Part shown: positions 56,898 to 64,000 of the stretch, piece after piece
Layout of the letters: each line of letters opens with the position of its first letter
Numbering within the stretch: position 1 is the first letter of the stretch
From: Candidatus Woesearchaeota archaeon
GTDB lineage: Archaea > Nanobdellota > Nanobdellia > Woesearchaeales > JAAOYA01
DNA: 64,000 nucleotides
NCBI GenBank assembly: GCA_018221105.1
Contig: JAAOYA010000008.1
Location: 128,648 to 192,647, forward strand
Direction: 5' to 3'
Notes under the pieces: generated by a model
What the model saw: only the letters and a program-made list of their open reading frames with translations
Told to the model about the DNA's origin: nothing
Database searches by the model: none
Position numbers and translations under genes: made by a program

Positions 56898-57275
56898 ATG
56901 GGCAAAAAAACAATAATGGTCGTTGACGACGAACAAGTCACTATTGACATGTTAAATACTATCCTCACAAATGAAGGTTATGACGTTTTAAGCGTACTTA
57001 ACGGTAAAGAATGCATGGACCAATTAAAAAGCGGTGTGCGCCCAGATCTAATACTTTTAGATATTATGATGCCGGACATGGACGGTTGGGATGTTAGTGC
57101 TGCAATAAAAAGCGATCCAAAACTGAAAGAGATCCCTATAGCGTTCTTGACAGCAAAAACTGATTCTATTAGCAAGTCCATGGGAACACTTACAAGCGTA
57201 GAATACATCGAAAAACCTTTCGAAATACAGGCATTGCTTGACACAATAAAAAAAATTGTCAAGAAGGCACAATAA
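56898..57275 (+). CDS. Stand-alone response regulator receiver
   Basis: IMVVDDE, LDIMMPDMDG, FLTA, KPF. Confidence 0.92.
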   Translation: MGKKTIMVVDDEQVTIDMLNTILTNEGYDVLSVLNGKECMDQLKSGVRPDLILLDIMMPDMDGWDVSAAIKSDPKLKEIPIAFLTAKTDSISKSMGTLTSVEYIEKPFEIQALLDTIKKIVKKAQ

Positions 57276-57297
57276 AAACGTTTTGAGGTTTTCAAAA

Positions 57298-57564
57298 ATG
57301 CTAGTTAGGGACTTGTTAGGAGAACTGTTAAAAAAAGGAACAAAGTATACTTCTCAGCGATATTTTTTGCTGGCTTTAAAAATTATGATTGACCAGAACA
57401 AAGATAAATATGACTTTTTAGAAAAAATTATTGTCGAAGGTGGAAAAATAAAGTTTAAAATTCGAGAGTTTGATGACAAACAAACAAAAAAATTTTTACA
57501 TCTTATAAAAAAAACTTATGGAAGCGAATTCTATGATCGTTTAAAGTATGCTGATCAATATTAG
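57298..57564 (+). CDS. Hypothetical protein
   Basis: ATG 57298 behind GAGGT; follows the receiver gene. Confidence 0.5.
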   Translation: MLVRDLLGELLKKGTKYTSQRYFLLALKIMIDQNKDKYDFLEKIIVEGGKIKFKIREFDDKQTKKFLHLIKKTYGSEFYDRLKYADQY

Positions 57565-57600
57565 TAACTTTTTTAAACTTGTCAAGCTTTAGACCTTTTA

Positions 57601-57879
57601 ATGACACCGGAAGAATATATTCAAGAATTGGTAAATAGACTACAATTACCGCCTGATTCAGTGCTTTATGCTAAAAAATTTTTTGATAAAGCTTTAACTG
57701 ATGGAATAAATCGTGATCATTCAAAAGCAGCTATTGCTTGTGCGTGTCTTTACATTTACTGTCAACACCACAATATTTCAAAAGTTTTGTACGAGTTTGA
57801 AAGTGCTTCTTTTATTGAATCAGAAAGTATTGTCTCAGCACTTGGCGATATGCAATTTGCAGTTAAAGAAAAATTCTAG
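57601..57879 (+). CDS. Single cyclin-fold (TFIIB-repeat-like) protein
   Basis: PEEYIQELVNRLQLP...AIACACLYIYC resembles a TFB cyclin repeat; no zinc ribbon. Confidence 0.6.
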   Translation: MTPEEYIQELVNRLQLPPDSVLYAKKFFDKALTDGINRDHSKAAIACACLYIYCQHHNISKVLYEFESASFIESESIVSALGDMQFAVKEKF

Positions 57880-57930
57880 AAAGTTTTATAAATGCTCTAA
57901 TACATTATTTTACAAAAAGAGGAAAAGCAC

Positions 57931-58230
57931 ATGATTTTAATGATTTCTGTCTATACAGTGATTCCATCTATGATAGATAGTGCTATGACAAAAATTCGTC
58001 ATTATCACGCTCAAGAGGCAAAGCAAGATGGTTATGTTAGTGGTTATATCAAAAAGAGCTTAGCACACCAAAATCAGTTTATTGTTGTGAGTCAGTTTGA
58101 TAGTGCAGAAAATTATTTTACTGCTATGAAAAAATTAATGGAAGAAAAACAAACTAATCCAGAGGAATATAATGCTCTTTTATCAATGCTTGAAACTGAA
58201 CCTTTTATCGCAGCTTATGGCGATTTATGA
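57931..58230 (+). CDS. ABM-like dimeric alpha/beta-barrel protein
   Basis: QDGYVSG...NQFIVVSQFDSAE pattern. Confidence 0.55.
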   Translation: MILMISVYTVIPSMIDSAMTKIRHYHAQEAKQDGYVSGYIKKSLAHQNQFIVVSQFDSAENYFTAMKKLMEEKQTNPEEYNALLSMLETEPFIAAYGDL

Positions 58231-59415
58231 ATAATTAAATAGTTTTTTTTGTTCTCGCTGATTTTTTAATAATTGACTTTTTTCAATTATTGTTTTTAAT
58301 TTATAATTGAAGTGTTTTTTCGCAATTTTTTTTGCGTATTCAAACATCAATGCTTTATCTGAAAAAATTATTGGTTTTGAACTCATTGCTTTGCGCACTG
58401 CTTCTCTGACGACCCACACTCCTAGCGGAGCCCAATAATCACTTGTTATAAAACGTAGTGCTAGCACGCTTGCAGTGCTTTTTTGTTTTTGCAGTCCTTC
58501 CAGTATTGCCAGTCTTGCTGCGTAATAGCCCCCAGCAGTGTTTTGAGCATAGTTTTTTCTGCCGTAAGGGCTCTCATAATCTGTAGTGTACTCTTTGCTT
58601 GTTGTAAGCATTTCAAAAAGCTCGTAGCTGAACACATCTGGAAATTGGAGTATTAAAAAATAGTTTCCCAAATGTCCTCCAAAATAAGCAGTGTGTTCTG
58701 AGAATTTGTTGTCATTGATTCTTTCTATTTGTTTTTTGGATATTGTATCATCAACTGCTGTTATCGACCAGCGTGTTGGCACTAGTCTGCGATCAGTTTT
58801 TACTCCTAAGGTTCCTGCTGATAATAGTTTTGTTAGGTAGTGCTCGTCAACGTCCTTGTTGTACAAATCAGTTAATGCCCTGCTTGCTTTGTGGTCGGTA
58901 TCACTGACTATTTTTTCTACTTTTGTTGGTATTTTAGGGTTTTCTGTTAACTTTGCTTTTTCTAGTTTTACGCTTGGACCATGAGGTGTGGCTTCTTGGT
59001 TTAAGCTTACTGTGAAAGTTGGAGGTTTTTGTAGGTTTATTTCTATTTCTGCTGGTTTTTTTGCCATTGCAACAAGTTGTGATAATTCTGTAAATTTATC
59101 TTTGAAGCTTTTAATGTTAGCTTGAAAATTAGAATTGACAAGTTGTGAACGCAAATCAATAATAGTATCTATATTATAATTTTCTTTAGACCATAATAAT
59201 GGGTTATCATGATTATTATATTGTTCAGTGCTCAACAATCCAACATTGACGTTCGGATAACCGTGACGGCCAACAAAAATGTTTGGTGCTTGGCCAAAAA
59301 AATCTTTTTTAGTTGTTAGCTTAATTTTTTGTTGTGCGTGAAGCTTTGCTTGCAATGGACAATTAACACGACCACAATACCCTCGACCTTTGCACGCTAC
59401 ACATTCAAAATTCAT
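58225..59415 (-). CDS. nreA: Archaeal DNA repair protein Nre family
   Basis: CVACKGRGYCGRVNCP, FVGRHGYPNV, RRLVPTRWSITAVDD, GGYYAARL, PLGVWVVRE; C-terminal PIP motif QKKLFNY. Confidence 0.9.
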   Translation of the reverse strand: MNFECVACKGRGYCGRVNCPLQAKLHAQQKIKLTTKKDFFGQAPNIFVGRHGYPNVNVGLLSTEQYNNHDNPLLWSKENYNIDTIIDLRSQLVNSNFQANIKSFKDKFTELSQLVAMAKKPAEIEINLQKPPTFTVSLNQEATPHGPSVKLEKAKLTENPKIPTKVEKIVSDTDHKASRALTDLYNKDVDEHYLTKLLSAGTLGVKTDRRLVPTRWSITAVDDTISKKQIERINDNKFSEHTAYFGGHLGNYFLILQFPDVFSYELFEMLTTSKEYTTDYESPYGRKNYAQNTAGGYYAARLAILEGLQKQKSTASVLALRFITSDYWAPLGVWVVREAVRKAMSSKPIIFSDKALMFEYAKKIAKKHFNYKLKTIIEKSQLLKNQREQKKLFNYS

Positions 59416-59453
59416 AATATAGAAAAAATCTTGTTAAATAAAAAAGTGTTTGT

Positions 59454-60491
59454 TTAAGCTTCACCATCATAAGGAACAAAAACTGTTTGGCCTATATCCA
59501 AAACAGGATTTTTGTCTTCTTGAAGTGTTATAAGATTATAATGAGCTATTTTTTTCCAATCAACACCGTAAAGTCCTCCAATAACACTTAGACTTTCTCC
59601 TTTTTCTACTTCATGAGCTATAAACTGTGGAGGATCAATAGGAGTTAATTTTGGCAGTCCATAACTATCATAATTAAAAAGTATTTCATCTAATGCTTCT
59701 GTTCTCGCAACATATTGTTGTGTTTCTTTAGGAGTGAATCGTTTTAGTTTTTGCCAGTCAGTAGTTTTTTCTCGCCCTATCAAATTAAGCATAGTACCTA
59801 TACCACAATTATATGCTGCTTTTGCTAACAATACATCGCCTTTGAAAACACTTATCAACCAATCAAGGTATTCTGCGCCACCAATTATATTTTCAGGAGT
59901 ATGAATCTGCCAAGGCTCTCTGCCTAAATCTTTAGTCCATGTTGTAGGTAATGGTTGGGTATAACCTCTAGCATTACTGATTGATATTGCTAAAGCATCA
60001 GCTCCTGACTCTTGGCCAATTAATGATCCTATTTGATAAACATCTAAGTTTTCAGAGCTTTCTTCAGCTCTTTGTATTACTGGTTCTAACCCGGCAAGTT
60101 TTGCTTCTAGAATTTCTAATTCTTTTCTATCCCCAAAACGTTGTTTTTTTGCTTTTGTTAATGCTTTTTTATTATTACCGTAAAGCTTTTTTTGCAAATC
60201 TACTGGCAAGCTTGAATAATTAACATCTAAAAGATTGACTAATTCTCTAGAAACATCAACTGAAAACTCTTCAAGTTTTTCAAGAGTGTATTGCTCTGGG
60301 TGAATAAATGGTACTGTTACTTGGGCAGTTTGTATTGGTCTTTTATTTAATTGCGATATTGTAACATCTTTTATAATTGGACCGTATAATTGAAGGTTTA
60401 AAATTGCAAGAAGTGATAGTGCAGCTGAGGTTGCTACTTCTGTTAGCTGTCCAAAAGTGCTCTCTTTTTGTCCTGAATTTCTTTTTGTCAT
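59454..60491 (-). CDS. Lytic transglycosylase (SLT) with C-terminal LysM
   Basis: QESG (catalytic Glu), ARGYTQ, NIIGGAEYL, AAYNCG, ETQQYV; LysM HEVEKGESLSVIG...YN...IGQTVFVP; N-terminal hydrophobic segment. Confidence 0.85.
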   Translation of the reverse strand: MTKRNSGQKESTFGQLTEVATSAALSLLAILNLQLYGPIIKDVTISQLNKRPIQTAQVTVPFIHPEQYTLEKLEEFSVDVSRELVNLLDVNYSSLPVDLQKKLYGNNKKALTKAKKQRFGDRKELEILEAKLAGLEPVIQRAEESSENLDVYQIGSLIGQESGADALAISISNARGYTQPLPTTWTKDLGREPWQIHTPENIIGGAEYLDWLISVFKGDVLLAKAAYNCGIGTMLNLIGREKTTDWQKLKRFTPKETQQYVARTEALDEILFNYDSYGLPKLTPIDPPQFIAHEVEKGESLSVIGGLYGVDWKKIAHYNLITLQEDKNPVLDIGQTVFVPYDGEA

Positions 60492-60601
60492 GGTGTTAGA
60501 ATTCTTGATGGCTTTATAAAACTACCTATTTTTTACTACCTAATAGTGGTATTTGTCTTTGTAGAGTAAAGTATATAAAAAACATATATAAATATATTGT
60601 T

Positions 60602-61261
60602 ATGCACCGCTACGACAGACAAATAACATTAATTGGTGATGAAAACCAGAAAAAACTAGAATCGAGCACTGTAACAATAGTTGGCACGGGAGCATTAGGC
60701 AGCGCTTGTGCAGAACTACTAGGGCGTGCAGGAATTGGAAACCTTCGCGTAATAGATGATGACATAGTGCATTTATCAAATTTGCAGCGACAACATTTAT
60801 TCTCAGAGAGCGACATTGCAAAAAACAAAGCGCGAATCGCCGCAATGAAACTAAAAAAAATCAATCCAACAATCACTATCACACCAATAGCAGAACGGTT
60901 AACAAAAGAAAACACTGGATTGTTAGAGGGCCTAATCATTGATTGCACAGACAATCACAAAACACGATTATTAATTGATGATTACTGCAAAGAAAACGAC
61001 CTATTATGGATTCACGGTGCTGCAGCAGGAGTAAACGGACAAGTACTAGTAGTTGACAAAAAAACCAATTATCAAAAACTACACCCAACAGACAAAGCAG
61101 AAAGAAAAGCAAGCGATGTCGGAATACTAAACACCATAACAACAATAATTGGAAGCCTACAAGCCAATGAAGCAATAAAAATATTAACTGGCAAACAACA
61201 CGAAAAAAAACTAGTCAGGGTGAACGTAAACACTCTCAAATTTGACAAGATTAAAGTTTAA
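60602..61261 (+). CDS. MoeB/ThiF/UbaA-family E1-like enzyme
   Basis: RYDRQI, IVGTGALG, SNLQRQ, IDCTDN, GSLQANEAIK. Confidence 0.9.
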   Translation: MHRYDRQITLIGDENQKKLESSTVTIVGTGALGSACAELLGRAGIGNLRVIDDDIVHLSNLQRQHLFSESDIAKNKARIAAMKLKKINPTITITPIAERLTKENTGLLEGLIIDCTDNHKTRLLIDDYCKENDLLWIHGAAAGVNGQVLVVDKKTNYQKLHPTDKAERKASDVGILNTITTIIGSLQANEAIKILTGKQHEKKLVRVNVNTLKFDKIKV

Positions 61262-61311
61262 GATTGATCTTTTTCGAATACTTTAAAAATAGTTTCTAAT
61301 AATACTTTAAT

Positions 61312-61899
61312 ATGAAAGTTTTAGCTTTTGTCGACTTGCATGACTCGCTTGAAGATTTTAAAAAAGTTCAGGCTAAAGCCAAAAAGGCAGATATTATAAT
61401 CAACGTAGGAGATTTTACGTGGTTTGAAGCTTATCTTGAAAAATGGGGTGCTCGTTTTGAAAAATTAAATAAGACGATGCTTGTTGTTCACGGCAATCAC
61501 GAAAGTATTGAATCTATCGAACACTTAGCAAAAAAGCACAAAAACATTGTAAACATCCATAATAAGGCTTTTGAAATTGATGACGTTGTTTTTATTGGTT
61601 ATGGTGGTGGCGGTTTCGCAATGCATGATGAACAATTTGAAAAAGATATGAAAAAATTTGAAAAATATTATAAAAAAAATAAAAAAGTAGTTCTTATAGT
61701 CCACGGTCCTCCCTACGGAACTAAACTTGATGATTTAGGAGAACACGTTGGATGTCATTCAAGGCGCAAGTACATTGAAACTCACGATATTGAACTTTTT
61801 ATAACAGGTCACCTGCACGAGCACTTTGGCACAATGGACAAAATCGGCAAAGTGTTAGTGGTCAATGTTGGTCCTACTGGAAAAGTTTTCAAAATCTAA
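61312..61899 (+). CDS. Calcineurin-like metallophosphoesterase
   Basis: DLH, GD, GNHE, HGPP, GHLHE motifs. Confidence 0.9.
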   Translation: MKVLAFVDLHDSLEDFKKVQAKAKKADIIINVGDFTWFEAYLEKWGARFEKLNKTMLVVHGNHESIESIEHLAKKHKNIVNIHNKAFEIDDVVFIGYGGGGFAMHDEQFEKDMKKFEKYYKKNKKVVLIVHGPPYGTKLDDLGEHVGCHSRRKYIETHDIELFITGHLHEHFGTMDKIGKVLVVNVGPTGKVFKI

Positions 61900-62391
61900 T
61901 TATTTCATTAGCATCTCTGTCAACCCATCTTCACGCTTACCATTTAACAAACTACTAAGCTCTAGAGCAGTTTCAAGTGTTGTTTCTAGTTGACTTTCTG
62001 GAATGCCGATGCTTTCAAGCGCGCTAAAGTAGATTTCTTCTGGCAGTGTTGCTTTTTTTACCAAACCAAATTCCAAAAAGCGTTTTTTTGTTTGTCGCGT
62101 CTCATCAATAATACCTTGCAATATGCGCCCATATTTAGGGTGTCGTTGTTTGAATTCCTTAATGCCTTCACTTTGCGTTCTTGCTTTATCTTTATCTTCA
62201 AAGCGATAATCTGCTGTTACAATTGCGTCTTTTGAAAATTTTTGTTTTGATTGTAGTCTGTCATAAACTTCTGTTGCTAAAGGTTTTAATCTTCTATCTG
62301 CGCGTTTAGTTATAGCATCAAAAGTTCTTTTTACGGTATCATAAGCCACCAGATTTTCTGTGGCAATTGTTACTTTTGTTTTGTACGCCAT
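61900..62391 (-). CDS. Hypothetical protein
   Basis: ATG 62391 behind GGAGGTGA; 163 aa. Confidence 0.7.
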   Translation of the reverse strand: MAYKTKVTIATENLVAYDTVKRTFDAITKRADRRLKPLATEVYDRLQSKQKFSKDAIVTADYRFEDKDKARTQSEGIKEFKQRHPKYGRILQGIIDETRQTKKRFLEFGLVKKATLPEEIYFSALESIGIPESQLETTLETALELSSLLNGKREDGLTEMLMK

Positions 62392-62500
62392 TTTTTCACC
62401 TCCAAAAGTGATAAAAGGAGTATGTTTTAAAACTATAAAACAAATAGTGGTGAAAATATTTACCACAATATTTATATACTTGTTTTGTACCGAATAACTT

Positions 62501-63211
62501 ATGAGGGCAGTTCTTGAAAAACTAGGGTTAACAAAGAACGAAGCAACCATTTACTTAGCACTAATAGAACTCGGACCTAGTGTTGCAGGAGTGATTTCTA
62601 GAAAAAGCGGCATACACCGTCGAAGCGTCTACGACGCAATTGATAGACTAATAGAAAAAGGTCTTATAGGCTACATAGTGCAAAATAATAGAAAATATTT
62701 TGAAGCCGTAAACCCCCAACGGCTAATAGAACTATTAAAAGAAAAAGAAACAGACATCAACAACATACTGCCCTCTTTACTTCAAAAATATAAATTCGTA
62801 AAAGAAAAAAAAGAAACATTATTTTTTCGCGGCAAACGAGGCGTTAAATCAATCTTTGATGACCAACTTATTATTGGCAAAGAAATACTAATTTTTGGCG
62901 CTAGCAGTTCAGCCACTGAAATTCTAAAATATTATTTTGGTCATTTTGATCGTGAGAGAAAGAAAAAAAACATTCCAGTAAAAATTATTTTTGATGAAGG
63001 TGCAAGAGAAAAAATTCATAAGATTCCACTAGCAAATATTAAGTTTGTGCCAGAAGAATACTCCACCCCAACAGCTACAAATGTTTATGGCAATACTGTA
63101 AGCATCATCATTTGGTCGCAAAACCCTTATGCAATACTAATACGTGATAAAGAAGTAGCAGACAGTTATAGAAAATACTTTAATCTTATGTGGAGTATTG
63201 CAAAAAACTAG
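62501..63211 (+). CDS. TrmB-family transcriptional regulator
   Basis: LEKLGLTKNEATIYLALIELG...HRRSVYDAIDRLIEKGLI; effector-domain C-terminus. Confidence 0.9.
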   Translation: MRAVLEKLGLTKNEATIYLALIELGPSVAGVISRKSGIHRRSVYDAIDRLIEKGLIGYIVQNNRKYFEAVNPQRLIELLKEKETDINNILPSLLQKYKFVKEKKETLFFRGKRGVKSIFDDQLIIGKEILIFGASSSATEILKYYFGHFDRERKKKNIPVKIIFDEGAREKIHKIPLANIKFVPEEYSTPTATNVYGNTVSIIIWSQNPYAILIRDKEVADSYRKYFNLMWSIAKN

Positions 63212-63247
63212 AGTATCAAAATTGTAAATTTTGAGCAGGTTAGAAAT

Positions 63248-64000
63248 CTATGATTTCTCCCACTGCATTATTCTATTAGGCAAGTCTTCTTTCATCAAAA
63301 GTACTACTCGACTACTAACTTGTTCGTCAATAATTTTATAATCGCAATGCTCGCAGATTTGTTTTGCAAATTCAACAACTTCATGATGCCTGGGCATGTT
63401 ATCAATAGATAATCTTTGGCGCGAACTTCCAACAAACATGTAAGCTTTAACTTCGACATATGTTGGATTAGCGCGCTCTAAAAGAACAGCATAGTTTTGT
63501 GGCTCTACCATATTATAACCTTTAAGAGCGGTGATTCTAATAGTTGTCCTAGTCTTATCTTTTAAACGTTTTAAAACATCTAAAGATTTTAACAAGCAAT
63601 CCCAACCATTTCCTAATTTTGGTTGATCGACAAGCTCAAAAATTTCTTTGTTTGGAGCGTCAATTGATAAGTACAACTGTGTTGGCATTTCAACCTTTTC
63701 CAAAACATTAGGCACCATGCCATTAGTGACTAAAAAAGTACTCTTTCCAGCATTATGCAATTCTTTAATTAACTCTGAAAGTTGTGGGTATAGTGTTGGC
63801 TCTCCACTAAGACTTATCGCATAATGCATAGGCGTTTGCGCCTCTTCTAACTGTTCCTTATCGACCTTGTCTAAACCTCCAAACCCAGAAAGTAAACGTT
63901 TTTGCGCAATCACTGACTGTTCAATAATTTTTTTTGGCTCATCAAAACTTTTAATTTTTTGATTTTCGTCAAGTGAGCGCCAACAAAAAATACACTTATT
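63248..64000 (-). CDS. taw1: 4-demethylwyosine synthase Tyw1/Taw1 (radical SAM); 5' end outside the window
   Basis: Frame open to the window edge with KCIFCWR; HYAISLSGEPTLYP, TFLVTNG, PTQLYLS, EVKAYMFVGSSR. Confidence 0.92.
   Translation of the reverse strand, partial: NKCIFCWRSLDENQKIKSFDEPKKIIEQSVIAQKRLLSGFGGLDKVDKEQLEEAQTPMHYAISLSGEPTLYPQLSELIKELHNAGKSTFLVTNGMVPNVLEKVEMPTQLYLSIDAPNKEIFELVDQPKLGNGWDCLLKSLDVLKRLKDKTRTTIRITALKGYNMVEPQNYAVLLERANPTYVEVKAYMFVGSSRQRLSIDNMPRHHEVVEFAKQICEHCDYKIIDEQVSSRVVLLMKEDLPNRIMQWEKS

Noticed and set aside
2105..62235. Numerous 60-155 aa ORFs antisense to or nested in long genes (e.g. 20118-20564, 45340-45807, 60610-60954)
   Set aside because: They overlap well-supported genes and show no motifs; treated as shadow ORFs.

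Overview
Low-GC archaeal chromosomal window, probably DPANN/Nanobdellota (Woesearchaeota-like; inferred from gene content). Archaeal markers: archaeal-type AlaRS, NucS, NreA, Tyw1/Taw1, TrmB, KaiC-like ATPases, the oapABC/arvABC GTPase operon, BRE-TATA promoters and GGTGA/GAGG ribosome-binding sites. The main result is a candidate uncharacterised surface-filament/adhesion system, split across two loci but linked by one shared ~200-aa domain. (i) 3.6-9.6 kb holds five secreted paralogues (mature N-terminus xPxGP, W-x-[GA]-[FY]-x-G-[ND]-V-[ST]-G core, YYF[YW]VxL/I C-terminus), two HTH regulators and a Sec11/SipW-type signal peptidase. (ii) A ~28-kb minus-strand gene run (50.8 to 22.5 kb) is headed by two ribbon-helix-helix regulators. 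It carries the same domain at the C-terminus of two giant Ig-repeat proteins (2460 and 1747 aa) and at the extracellular N-terminus of a membrane-anchored HerA/VirB4-like ATPase. Between the loci lies a ~13-kb signalling island: receiver, methyltransferase-GNAT plus ThiF, KaiC/V4R module, output-less PAS and Cache sensors, an NMT1-type binding protein and a histidine kinase. The right end is mostly housekeeping, plus an SLT-LysM peptidoglycan-lytic enzyme. No rRNA, tRNA, CRISPR array or mobile element was recognised. All family assignments are by eye from motifs; no searches were run.
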